The notes under the pieces are model-generated. The model ran no database searches. It saw nothing but the letters and a program-made list of their open reading frames with translations, and had not been told where the DNA came from. From positions 3,118 to 67,117 of the forward strand of contig JAJZYZ010000007.1 of NCBI GenBank assembly GCA_021797815.1: a DNA stretch of 64,000 bases. Reading direction: 5' to 3'. This DNA is from Bacillota bacterium. GTDB lineage: Bacteria; Bacillota; Sulfobacillia; Sulfobacillales; JAIMBI01. A program made the translations under genes and the position numbers. Shown in pieces: positions 9,764-18,624 of the stretch. Every line of letters starts with the position of its first letter. Position 1 is the first letter of the stretch.

Positions 9764-10521
9764 GTGACGCACGACGTGGAAGGTGACACGGCCGTCATCA
9801 GCGTCGACGAGCAAGAAAGGCGGCTCCGGCTGGGCTGCGAGATGGTGGGCCGGCTTCAGTCGCAGTTGTATGACCGTCTTCTGGCCGTGGCGGCCTAAGG
9901 CCCGGTGGCGCCCCAAGCTGCCGACGGGGACTCCGATCGGGCGCTCAGCGTACGGGCAGATCCGTCCGAGAAGCCGGTGACGGTGCGTCCCATCGTGGAA
10001 GGGATCCAGGTCGAGCACGATGTCGTATCGGTGGAACGCATGCTGAAGGCGGCCGTCCGCGTTACGCAGGAGTGGGCGATGGAAGGTGATGCCCACCTCC
10101 ACCCGAAGGCGCTTTGGGACCCGGATGGCCTGTTCGACCGCGTGCGCGGGGCCGCCCTCCCCATCCCGCCGCAGGCGTTCGCCGACGCGCTCGCACAGAG
10201 CTCTTGGTCTGCGCGTGCGTATGCCGCAAGAGTGCGGGCACCTATACACGGTCGGACCCGGCCGGTTTTGCTCTCGCAGCGGGCGCGTACGCACGCATCT
10301 CTGCGATGAGAGTGGCGCTTGTCTGGCCGACGCCGTATACCGGCAGCCGCACTGTGTGGCGCGAAGCCGCGTCTGCCATGCCGGAGTTGGAGTGCCTCCT
10401 CGATGCCCTGGCGCGCGGTCAGCGCCAACTGGCGGCACAGGCCGCCGCTGCCGTCGCGGAGGCACTGGACAGATTCGGTCGCCCGGCCGATCCGTCTCTC
10501 CCGTACATCATCCCGAAGTGA
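9764..10521 (+). other. Coding-like segment with unresolved gene structure
   Basis: Three consecutive plus-strand reading frames have balanced amino-acid composition and G/C-rich third positions. One frame (9764-9898) is followed 6 nt later by the GTG of 9905-10309. That stop overlaps the ATG of 10306-10521 as ATGA. Ribosome-binding sites are weak. Confidence 0.3.
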
Positions 10522-10614
10522 GCGCGAGCGTTCATCTTGTGCGCAGGACAGGGGCCTGCCGCGCCGAATGACTGCATGTCAGGACTCGACGGACCGACGA
10601 AAGGATGCGTATGC

Positions 10615-10911
10615 ATGATCCAGCACGTCGCCCTCATCAAATACCCCGAGCCAAAGCGGCCAGGTTTCAAGGAAGAGGCGGAGGAGCTTCTGCACCCCTT
10701 CGCCACGGGCATTGCCGGCATCCGGGATTTCCATTGGGGCTGGGATATAAGCGGACGCTCCCGCGGCTACCACCTTGGCCTTGTAATGGCTTTTGAAACC
10801 CCGGCTGAGCTGGCCGCCTACACTCCACACCCGGTCCATCAGGCTTTTTCGCAGTGGACAGCCCGGCAGGGCGGCGAGGTTCTCGCCTTCGACTTTCCCT
10901 TCGCCAAGTAA
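10615..10911 (+). CDS. Dabb (stress-responsive alpha/beta-barrel) domain protein
   Basis: MIQHVALIKY...FHWGWDISGRS...HLGLVMAFETPAELAAYTPHPVHQAF is the typical Dabb pattern. The ATG is at 10615. Confidence 0.8.
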   Translation: MIQHVALIKYPEPKRPGFKEEAEELLHPFATGIAGIRDFHWGWDISGRSRGYHLGLVMAFETPAELAAYTPHPVHQAFSQWTARQGGEVLAFDFPFAK

Positions 10912-10952
10912 GACCGTCAGCCCGAGGCTTATGGTGTGCGCGGCCGGCGGGC

Positions 10953-11678
10953 TCACCGGCCGGTCTCGACGACCAGCACGCGGCTTGCCACCGCCTCGGG
11001 CACTTCGGTCTGAGGACCGTCGGCGGGGTATCTGACGAAGGTGCGCCCGCGCTCCCGGCAAATTTCCACGGTGTGGCCGGGGATCAATCCGTGGCTCTCG
11101 GCCCATGCCAGCATGTCCTCAAGCCCCTCCAGCTGCTCGTAGAGACGATCGACCCGGACTACACCCGCCGTCACCTGCGAAAGCGGGACTGCCGGGGTCA
11201 GCGGTGGCAGCGATCCGGTCAGATCCGGAATGGGGTTCCCGTGCGGGCAGGTGGCGGGCCGCCCCAGCTTCTCCCACAACGCCTCGGTAACCGTGCTGGA
11301 AAAAGCGTGTTCGAGACGCTCCGCCTCGCGATGCGCGTCGACAAGCCCGAGTCCCAGCCCGTCGGCGAGCCAGCGCTCCACGAGCCGGTGCCGACGAACC
11401 ACCCGGGCCGCTTCCCGCCATCCCTCGTCGGTCAATCGAACCTCAGGCGTGCGCCTCTGTACGACGCCGGCTTTCTCCAGGCGGTGGAGGCTCTTCGACA
11501 CGCTGACGGCTGACACGCCCAGATACTCGGCCACCCTGGCCGCACGGACACGCCCGCCTTCTGTGGCCAGCACGAAGATGGCTTCGAGGTACCCCTCCGC
11601 GCCGGGAAGCTCCGTCTGGCTAAGGCCCCGGTCGGCACGGCCAAGGCCTGTGGGTCTGTCGCCGTCGCGCTGTGGCAT
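10953..11678 (-). CDS. DtxR/MntR/IdeR-family metal-dependent regulator with C-terminal FeoA/SH3-like domain
   Basis: YLEAIFVLATEGGRVRAARVAEYLGVSAVSVSKSLHRLEKAGVV (wHTH), HRLVERWL and CPHGNPIP are present. The ORF is open to 11723. Confidence 0.85.
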   Translation of the reverse strand: MPQRDGDRPTGLGRADRGLSQTELPGAEGYLEAIFVLATEGGRVRAARVAEYLGVSAVSVSKSLHRLEKAGVVQRRTPEVRLTDEGWREAARVVRRHRLVERWLADGLGLGLVDAHREAERLEHAFSSTVTEALWEKLGRPATCPHGNPIPDLTGSLPPLTPAVPLSQVTAGVVRVDRLYEQLEGLEDMLAWAESHGLIPGHTVEICRERGRTFVRYPADGPQTEVPEAVASRVLVVETGR

Positions 11679-11793
11679 CGCGAACCCCTCCCGATCAGCA
11701 TCGGCCGAGTCATTGTCGCACACCCCATCCGTTGCCCGATATGCGCCGGGGGACTATCCTGGCGACGAAACGCCGAAAGGGGTTGGGCCCGTC

Positions 11794-11985
11794 GTGGAGC
11801 TCCGGCAACACTGTGCCACATGTGTGCACATCGCCCGGGTGGTGACACCTGAGACCAACCGGCGTCCCTTCTTTCGGTGCCAGCGTCTAGGGTTTCGCAC
11901 GGAGCCCCGTTATCAGTTTCACTGCTGGGTGGAGCGCCCGCGCACCGTCAAAATGGCGGAGCGCCGGCTTGACGACGACGGGTGA
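11794..11985 (+). CDS. Hypothetical small Cys-containing protein (63 aa)
   Basis: This is the non-overlapping tail of a long ORF that is otherwise antisense to the DtxR gene. The GTG at 11794 lies 12 nt after GAAAGGGG. The sequence is VELRQHCATCVHIARVV...FFRCQRLGF...YQFHCW, and I do not recognise a family. Confidence 0.3.
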   Translation: MELRQHCATCVHIARVVTPETNRRPFFRCQRLGFRTEPRYQFHCWVERPRTVKMAERRLDDDG

Positions 11986-12009
11986 GCGGCGCGGACAGCG
12001 TTTTTGGCC

Positions 12010-12381
12010 TCAGCGATACGTCCGGATTTCCACCTGGTGGCCGTCCGGATCGTGGACGTAAACGCTGGTGCCGTCGCCGCGGGCCCCAAAGCGCCGGCCC
12101 GGCTCCGTATGAGGGACGCCTGCCGCGTCCAGGTCCGCCACCATCTGTGTGGCCGTCGCATCCACTTCAACGCAGAAGTGATTGGGCCCGGGTCCGGGAT
12201 CGGCACTTACAAACAGGTCGATGAGGAGTCCTCCCAGACGGACCGATGAAAACGGCACCTCCCCTCGTCGAAACGCCTCGAGACGCTCGGCGGGCATTCC
12301 CAGCAAGCCTTGATAGAACTCCAGAGAACGGTCAACGTCGCGCACTTCAAGAACGATATGGTCGAGCGCCGTCGCTTTCAA
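12010..12381 (-). CDS. VOC/glyoxalase-family protein
   Basis: LDHIVLEVRDVDRSLEFYQGLLGM...NHFCVEV...DPDGHQVEI is the typical glyoxalase/bleomycin-resistance fold signature. Confidence 0.85.
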   Translation of the reverse strand: MKATALDHIVLEVRDVDRSLEFYQGLLGMPAERLEAFRRGEVPFSSVRLGGLLIDLFVSADPGPGPNHFCVEVDATATQMVADLDAAGVPHTEPGRRFGARGDGTSVYVHDPDGHQVEIRTYR

Positions 12382-12436
12382 GAGTCGCCTCCTGTCTCAA
12401 TCCTGCACGCGCGTATTCACTCGTTGTCACCCCGGC

Positions 12437-13045
12437 TTACTGAAGCGAGGCGTTCTGACTGATCGCGCCGAGCGCATTCCAGTTGAGCGCCCACACCTTG
12501 AGCCCCGACCGCGCGATATAGTATCGGAACACGGCCTCATGGGTGGACGGATTCATGGCTACTCCGTAAATGCTGTTGTCGGTGGAAACGGCGAGCTTGC
12601 CCGTCTTCAAACTCGAGGACCCCGGGAGGCTTCCCAGAGAAATCTCCCCGCCCGCCAGAAGGCGACGCACGTTCACCCGAAGCACAATGGTAACCAGAAA
12701 GCGACTGCCTGACACCGCCCGGACCGCCACCTGCCCGGGAAACCGGGTCGGGGAACAGGCCGCCGTTCCGGTGGCGTCGCACATCGCGTGTTCCAGGGAG
12801 GCGGCGTCGCCGGAAGGCACGAAGGTCAGCACATCGCGTGCCGCCGTGACGCGGGAGAGAGGGCCGGCGACGGCGCCTGACCCCATCGCAAGAGCCGGCT
12901 TCACGTTATTGACCGGACTGCGCGAAGCCTCATACTTCAGGACCAAAAGCGCAAGGACCGCCACAATCACCAGCAGTGCAGCCAGAAGAGCTCCGAAGCC
13001 AGGGCGGCGAATTCCGGCAGGGTGTAACACCGCGGGTTCTTTCAT
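12437..13045 (-). CDS. Hypothetical membrane-anchored (signal-anchor) protein
   Basis: The Met at 13045 is preceded by GGAGAAGGAG. A single N-terminal TM helix (FGALLAALLVIVAVLALLVL) is followed by an extracytoplasmic domain of unknown family. Confidence 0.5.
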   Translation of the reverse strand: MKEPAVLHPAGIRRPGFGALLAALLVIVAVLALLVLKYEASRSPVNNVKPALAMGSGAVAGPLSRVTAARDVLTFVPSGDAASLEHAMCDATGTAACSPTRFPGQVAVRAVSGSRFLVTIVLRVNVRRLLAGGEISLGSLPGSSSLKTGKLAVSTDNSIYGVAMNPSTHEAVFRYYIARSGLKVWALNWNALGAISQNASLQ

Positions 13046-13422
13046 CAGCCGCACTCCTTCTCCCCGGCCGATCATAGCAGAGACCGGAAACCCCTCTGCC
13101 GGCCGACCCACCCCGACCAGAGGGTCTCCGCCGCGGCTTTTCTCATGATTGAGGTGAGGAGGCCAGATTCTTCCTGCGCGACCGACCCGCGGGCATCGGG
13201 CTTCGGCGGCACGCCGGTATGGCCGCCGGGGTCAACAGGGACGCTTTTACCCTGCTATCAAACCGGACCGAGTAGAAGAACCACGGCCCGAAGCGGCGGA
13301 TCTTCCCAGCACGCGTTTGCGTTCGCGGGATGCGCCATCGCTCTCGGTCGGCCAGGCCGCTGCACGCCCCCGGGAAACTTGGATCTGAACCAAGAATTTG
13401 GACACCCTGAAAGGGGTCGAGA

Positions 13423-14449
13423 CTAGGCCACGCTCTCTGCTTCGACTGCCGCGAGCGTGCGGTAACCCAGGGCGCCATGTAGCCGTTCCCGGTTATAGAA
13501 GATCTCAATGGACCTCGAAGATCGTCACCGTCGCGTCGGCCCGGGTCGGCAAGTGGTGCAGGTACACGCACTCGTTCTTCAACAGGTTGTGTCAGAACTC
13601 GATGCCGGCATTGTCCCAGCCGTGGCCTTTGCGATTCATGCGTCCCGCCACGGGATACCGGGCCAACCGGGCTGGGTACGCATGCCCCGCATATTGGCTG
13701 CCGCGGTCCGAGTGGTGAGGGACGACGGCCGCCGGGCGATAGCGCTGCGCCGCCTGGTCGAGCCCGGCGAGTACGAGTTCCTGCGTCATCCGGGCGCCCG
13801 CCGCCCCGCCCACGATCTTGCGCGTGTCGAGGTCCTCGCGGCTCGCCCCATACAACCATCCTGCATCGGTCGGGCCATCCGTGACCGCGGCCATCCAGAC
13901 CTGGTGGGGCCGCGTGGCCACGAACGGTTGGGCCAACACGTTGTCCGCCACCGGAAGGGGATGGCGCGAATTGGTGGTGGCCTTATCGCGCCGCACCACG
14001 CGGGATCGCCACCCATGCTGCGCCATCGGGCGCGCCGCGGTCTTCCGGCTCATCCGATCGCCCGCCCGTCGCCGTTGCGCGGTGATCTTCGGGCTCCCCT
14101 ACCGCCGGCCTGATTGCTCGCACACGGCCTGGATCTGGGCGATGCGGGCCTGCCGCCGAGTCCGCGTGGGGCTCACGGGGCGATCGCGCCAGGCATAAAA
14201 CCCGCTGCGGGAGACCTGAAGTACGTCGCACATCCTCGTGACCGAGCAGGGGCCGCGATGATCCTGGATGAACCGGTATTTCACTTCGGGTCGTTGGTGA
14301 CGAGGCGCACCGCTTTTCTTACGGTCGCGTTCTCCTCTTGCCGGCGGTGCACCTGCCGTTGGAGGTCCCGCAGCGGCTGACCCTCCGCCGGTAGCCGTCC
14401 CCGGCCGACGAAGGGCTCGCCGGGACGCTGCCGGGCGGCCTCCATCCAC
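13423..14449 (-). pseudogene. IS3 orfB (rve/DDE integrase-core transposase), disrupted
   Basis: YRFIQDHRG..VTRMCDVLQVSRSGFYAWRDRP, HSDRGSQY, DNAGIEF and IEIFYNRERLHGALGYRT motifs are present. It is broken by an in-frame TAG (..EQSGRR*GSPKI..), an in-frame TGA (..DNAGIEF*HNLLKNE..) and a frameshift before IEIFYNRERLHGALGY. Confidence 0.75.
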
Positions 14450-14580
14450 GTGTAGAGCGTCTTGCGGGGGATGCCGCGTTGCTGGGCGATCTGCGTCGCC
14501 GGCTTTTCCTTCCGCGCCGCCAAGGCCAGGGCTTGCTACTTAAACTCCTCGCGGTATCGTAGTCCCGCCACGATGCTCAC
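14281..14580 (-). pseudogene. IS3 orfA (HTH transposase N-terminal protein) with in-frame TAG
   Basis: VSIVAGLRYREEFK*QALALAARKEKPATQIAQQRGIPRKTLYTWMEA...LRDLQRQVHRRQEENATVRK has the IS3/IS911 orfA pattern. An A-rich AAGAAAAG lies near the expected -1 frameshift site. Confidence 0.7.
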
Positions 14581-14802
14581 CTCGAATGGATTGATGGGAG
14601 GGGATCCCCATTCGCGGTGTCCGAGATCTAGACTGACATCCACCTTGATGGGAAGGCGGGGAAGAGGTGCGTGACCATGGCCCGACAAATTTCCCTCCTC
14701 GGCGGTTTCAGTTGGAGTCTCAGTAAGGCCCGTATCTCCCGTCCGCCGAGTCTCTTGTAGGATGCAGGGTCGGTTTACCTGCCCCTTATTGACAAAGATC
14801 GG

Positions 14803-15084
14803 TTAACGCCAGGGCGCGGCTTGGTGCGCCAGCCCGTCGAGAGTCGCTTCTCCGAGCGTGCCGTCGCGGAAACGGCTCGATCGCTCGGTAACAGGTACCT
14901 GCCCGCCTGTCGCCGCGGCGCACACCAGATGTCGCTCGTCCAGCACCTCAAGGCGGTCGCGGCTGTACTCCCCTGTCAACGCCGGCGGCTCCCAGTCGTC
15001 TAAGGATAGGACGGACGACTGCCGCCACTGTTGGATCTCCCACAGCCACGGACCGGCCGTTTTAGCGCCTGGCTTCTCTGTGGT
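14803..15084 (-). pseudogene. 5'-truncated gene remnant of unknown family
   Basis: An open frame of about 93 codons has G/C-rich third positions and ends in TAA at 14803. There is no ATG or GTG until late in the frame (..PWLWEIQQWRQSSVLSLDDWEPPALTGEYSRDRLEVLDERHLVCAAATGGQVPV..). Confidence 0.25.
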
Positions 15085-15281
15085 TCATTGATGGGAGGAA
15101 CCGAGACACAGAGGATGGCTACGGATTCTCCCAATTGGCTGGGTAACCCACCTTAAAGAGGGATTTGCGTACTTTCGCCGAACTCATACGGCGTTTGGAG
15201 GTGTAGTAAGTCGTGACAAGTTCAAAGCGATGGGCTTGAGCGGCGGGTCTTGCGGCCGGGTTCTTCCTGGCCGGACTTGGT

Positions 15282-15614
15282 GTGGCGATGGCTTCATCGT
15301 GGTACAGCTATGACATGAGCGTTCCGATCCTGGGCGGCGATGTGTGGAGTATTCAAACGCGAACGATGTATCATGCGCCCACCGCGTATCTGAAGAAGTC
15401 TTACGAATCCGGTGGCGGGACGATCTGGTATGCGGTGGCCTACGAGGACTACTCCCAACTTACCCCCTTCTATGCCGTTAGCCCAAACGACCAGCAGGTT
15501 GACCTCACAGGGTCGTCGCAGTACCTCAAAGATGGTTACAGCGTGAAGCTGGAGGCCCAGTCTGGGAGCGACTATCTCATCAAGACCACCGTAGAAGGGA
15601 CGTGGAACCCGTAA
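15282..15614 (+). CDS. Small Tyr/Ser/Thr-rich protein, originally secreted (the upstream in-frame signal peptide from 15213 is interrupted by TGA)
   Basis: The ORF-track frame is 15282-15614. The same frame upstream reads GTG(15213) TSSKRWA TGA(15237) AAGLAAGFFLAGLGVAMA|SSWY. A GGAGGTG lies 9 nt before 15213, and there is no SD before 15282. Confidence 0.5.
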   Translation: MAMASSWYSYDMSVPILGGDVWSIQTRTMYHAPTAYLKKSYESGGGTIWYAVAYEDYSQLTPFYAVSPNDQQVDLTGSSQYLKDGYSVKLEAQSGSDYLIKTTVEGTWNP

Positions 15615-15648
15615 GCTCGGATGGTTGCCCCCCGGTCAAGGTGCCGCA

Positions 15649-15693
15649 CGTAGGGCCAAGGGATACGTTGTGCTAGTAACTCTTGGCCCTACG
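15649..15693 (+). terminator. 12-bp stem hairpin after the small-protein gene
   Basis: CGTAGGGCCAAG (15649-15660) pairs with CTTGGCCCTACG (15682-15693) around a 21-nt loop. There is no clear T-tract. Confidence 0.4.
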
Positions 15694-16093
15694 GATGACG
15701 AACCGGGAAAGTCGCGTGTGACAAATGCGGGTACCAAATCACCGGAGTGTCACGGTAGGTCGCGGGAATGTTGACGGCCGTCGCACCTGGTGAGCCGAAA
15801 GGCCACGCGAGGTGTTACTACGCCAGCATCCGTCGGCCTATGCTGTCAAACGGTGTCGCTGTCATGCGAAAGACCACATCGGAGCCAGCAGGTGGACACG
15901 GTCGGCGTCGATTAGGCGCTCGCTCAGCCAATTTACGACTCGCGGTTCAACCAGATATAGCTTTCCGGATATTACGAACCGGCGACCAGAACAGTCTGTA
16001 GACATCGTGGTCATTCCGGCTCGATCCCGGACACCGTGGCCCGGGGGATTTTTCCGTCTGGGGGAAGTACTCGACATCGTGAGAGGTGAGAAC

Positions 16094-16954
16094 GTGACCG
16101 GTCGCATGGTAGGTCTTGACTGGAGACGAGCCCTCCACGGGATGGGCGTGTGGGTCTCGCTTGCCCTCGTCGTGGCGATCATGGCTCTGTCCTTCGCCCA
16201 GTACGGAGCTGAGAAGGTGTTGATGGGGCCCCACCCTGCCGCGTACTTCAACGCGTACCAGGCCATGCTGTCAGGACTGGGAGCCAGTCCGAATGCGCTC
16301 CTCTACTTGATGGTGCCAGTCCTGGCGGTGCTGCCAAACGGTGATTCGCTGGCGGTCGACCGTGCCACGGGCGCCGACGCCCACTTCCTGGTTCGGGCCG
16401 GTTGGCCCGGGTACCTATGGGGCCGTCTCGTGGGCAACAGCACGGCGGCCGCGGCCACCATGTTCACCGGGCTTATCCTATCGAGTGTTTTGGGGGCGGC
16501 TTTGTATCCGGTCGCCTTGCCTCCGTATTTGGGAAGTCAGGGTCCCGTCGCATACACCCATCAGGGAGTGTATGGGCGGGAGTATCAGCCCTTCGTCTGG
16601 CCGTCGCTGTTTTGGCACGCGCCGGTACTCTACGTGCTGTTGGCGATGGGTGTGGTGGTGTTGGCGACGGCGGTCATCGCAGGGATCGCCACGTTGGCGG
16701 CGGTATGGGTGCGCAGACGGTTGGTGGTGTTAGTCATCGCGATCGCGGTCTTTCTGGCGGGAGACGTCATCTTGCAGCTTGTTGGATGGCCGGCGTGGAT
16801 TCCATCCGAGATGGTGGGAGGTTACCTCGTGAACTATACACACCTTCCGGTGACTATCGCCGTGTACTGGATCGTACCAGCGGGAGCGCTGATTGCCGTC
16901 ATGTGGTGGCGGATACGAATCCGCGACTGGCCCTATCGGCGAGAGTGGCATTGA
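16094..16954 (+). CDS. Polytopic membrane protein (ABC-2-type permease-like)
   Basis: The GTG at 16094 follows GAGAGGTGAG. There are about 6 hydrophobic helices. It lies immediately upstream of an ABC-2-type ATPase. Confidence 0.6.
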   Translation: MTGRMVGLDWRRALHGMGVWVSLALVVAIMALSFAQYGAEKVLMGPHPAAYFNAYQAMLSGLGASPNALLYLMVPVLAVLPNGDSLAVDRATGADAHFLVRAGWPGYLWGRLVGNSTAAAATMFTGLILSSVLGAALYPVALPPYLGSQGPVAYTHQGVYGREYQPFVWPSLFWHAPVLYVLLAMGVVVLATAVIAGIATLAAVWVRRRLVVLVIAIAVFLAGDVILQLVGWPAWIPSEMVGGYLVNYTHLPVTIAVYWIVPAGALIAVMWWRIRIRDWPYRREWH

Positions 16955-16986
16955 GGGATACGACGGCAGCAAAACGGGAGATGGAT

Positions 16987-17718
16987 ATGCCGCTTAGCAT
17001 TCAAGTCGAGCACGTTGCGAAACGTTACGGCGCGACGACGGTACTGGATGATGTATCCCTCACCGTGGCTTCTGGACAGATGATCGGCCTGGTGGGTGCC
17101 AACGGAACGGGGAAAACGACGTTGCTGCGTCTCGTCGCCGGGTTGGCGAGGCCCACCCGTGGATCCATTTCATTAGGGGGCCAGAACCTCGCCGACGACT
17201 GGGCCGTGCTGCCTGTTTCCGTCGGGGTGCTGTTCGAACCCCCGGGACTGCTCCCCAACCTCACTGGGCTCGACAACCTACTGATGTTGGCGGCTGTGCG
17301 CGGGCAACTGAAATCCGCGGCAGTCCGGGGATGGATGGAGAAGGTTGGCCTCGACCCTCTAAGCCGTCGGCGCGTGGGACACTACTCCCAAGGGATGAAG
17401 AAGCGCCTCGGCCTAGCGCAGGCACTCATGGAGAGCCCCGACGTACTTTTGCTCGACGAACCCACGAACGGCTTGGATCCCGACGGGGTTGCCCAGCTCG
17501 CGACCTGGCTCGCGGAGGCGCAGCGGGGCGGTGCGGCGATCATACTGGCTGGTCACGACCTGGCTCAGATGTCCCGTATTTGCGGCGAGGTGTGGCGGAT
17601 GACGGATGGGAGGCTCGTGCCGGCCGACATCTCGCTTGTCGTGCCAGGTCAGGCGGAGGAGGGAGGAGGTTCGTCGGTTGACAGAGGTAACCAGGGCCAC
17701 GAGGGATGCGTGACGTGA
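16987..17718 (+). CDS. ABC transporter ATP-binding protein (ABC-2/LanF/BcrA-like subfamily)
   Basis: Walker A is GANGTGKTT, the signature is YSQGMKKRLGLAQAL and Walker B is VLLLDEPTNGLD. An alternative ATG lies at 16981. Confidence 0.9.
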   Translation: MPLSIQVEHVAKRYGATTVLDDVSLTVASGQMIGLVGANGTGKTTLLRLVAGLARPTRGSISLGGQNLADDWAVLPVSVGVLFEPPGLLPNLTGLDNLLMLAAVRGQLKSAAVRGWMEKVGLDPLSRRRVGHYSQGMKKRLGLAQALMESPDVLLLDEPTNGLDPDGVAQLATWLAEAQRGGAAIILAGHDLAQMSRICGEVWRMTDGRLVPADISLVVPGQAEEGGGSSVDRGNQGHEGCVT

Positions 17719-17820
17719 GCGCCACAATCGTGTGCGCGACATCTGCGGCTGTTCCGGGGAGAACCATATGATCGGGGCCTCGGCGATGAGGTATCAGAGG
17801 ACGAGCGGGGCCGTCGATCT

Positions 17821-18624
17821 ATGATACGCGGAGGATTTGGGACATCCCTGCGGCTCGTACTGGGAGGTTGGCGATGGTTCCCGTTACTGGCGGTGGTGGC
17901 CGGCAACGCCGCGGCCGGCCTGATCAACGTGGGCCCCTTGCGATTGCATGGTGGTGCGAATGCATGGGATCCACTGGTATTTGGCGGGATCACAGTACAA
18001 ACTTTCGCACTGCTCACCGCGCCCGCATTTTTAATCGGGACAAGTCGTGACATGAACAGGTCTTGGGAACACCTTTTGTGTCTGCGGCTCCGTAACCGCC
18101 GCAGCTGGTGGGGGACGGACATATTGGGTTTGGGAGCAGCCGCCGGACTCTACGGCCTCGCCATTGGGGCCGGAACGTTCGGGCTGGGCTTGGCGGAGCT
18201 GCCGTTTGCTTTCACCTGGAGTGCCCTCGCACAAAGTCGCCTAGCGGTGGGGTCGACTCGGCTGCTGGTGACCTTGCACAGCACGCCACCGTGGACGGTC
18301 AGTCTCGAGATGTTGGGCCTTCTGGCACTGGGGCTCTGGCTCCTTGCCGTGTTGGCGCGGGCGGCCACGCTCCTGATGAAGAGCCAATGGTCTGCCCTCG
18401 CGCTCATCTGGGTCGTCGTGCTGGGGCAATACGTGTTAGTGCAGATGGGCCTCGCCTCGATTTTTCCCTGGGGACCGGGAGATCAGTTTGTCTACCTCAC
18501 TCACTTCGCAACGGACGGGGGCGGGATTCCGTTTTCGTGGACGGTCGAGTACGGCCTGGCGTTGACGCTCGTCGGCGCGGTAGTAGGGATGGCCATCGCC
18601 CAGCGGCGCGAATGGCCCATATGA
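17821..18624 (+). CDS. Polytopic membrane protein (second permease-like component)
   Basis: 267 aa with about 6 hydrophobic helices and no recognisable soluble domain. Confidence 0.6.
   Translation: MIRGGFGTSLRLVLGGWRWFPLLAVVAGNAAAGLINVGPLRLHGGANAWDPLVFGGITVQTFALLTAPAFLIGTSRDMNRSWEHLLCLRLRNRRSWWGTDILGLGAAAGLYGLAIGAGTFGLGLAELPFAFTWSALAQSRLAVGSTRLLVTLHSTPPWTVSLEMLGLLALGLWLLAVLARAATLLMKSQWSALALIWVVVLGQYVLVQMGLASIFPWGPGDQFVYLTHFATDGGGIPFSWTVEYGLALTLVGAVVGMAIAQRREWPI

Larger units (their letters stand above)
13386..14638 (-). mobile_element. IS3-family insertion sequence, degenerate
   Basis: The ~1.25-kb element has the orfA/orfB organisation. Its imperfect terminal inverted repeats share a GGACACC..GAA.GGGG core (TGAACCAAGAATTTGGACACCCTGAAAGGGG versus the reverse complement TGTCAGTCTAGATCTCGGACACCGCGAATGGGG). 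A possible ATC duplication flanks both ends. Confidence 0.75.

Noticed and set aside
9683-10465. 260-aa minus-strand ORF
   Set aside because: It shares codon boundaries with the plus-strand frames, so G/C at third positions cannot discriminate between them. Its translation is extremely Arg/His/Pro-rich, whereas the plus-strand translation is balanced.
11230-11793. Front part of the 251-aa plus-strand ORF
   Set aside because: It is antisense to the DtxR-family gene and Ser/Arg/Pro/Thr-rich. Only the non-overlapping tail (11794-11985) was kept, as a low-confidence CDS.
13143-13859. 238-aa minus-strand ORF
   Set aside because: It crosses the IS3 boundary in a frame different from the transposase, and the translation is Arg/Pro/Gly-rich.
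15237-15239. TGA recoding (Trp/Gly genetic-code variant or selenocysteine) as the explanation for the in-frame TGAs
   Set aside because: TGA clearly terminates many well-defined genes in the window (e.g. liaR at 6672, speE at 32743, asnB at 40162). I saw no SECIS-like hairpin after 15239, and a Sec residue inside a signal peptide makes no sense.
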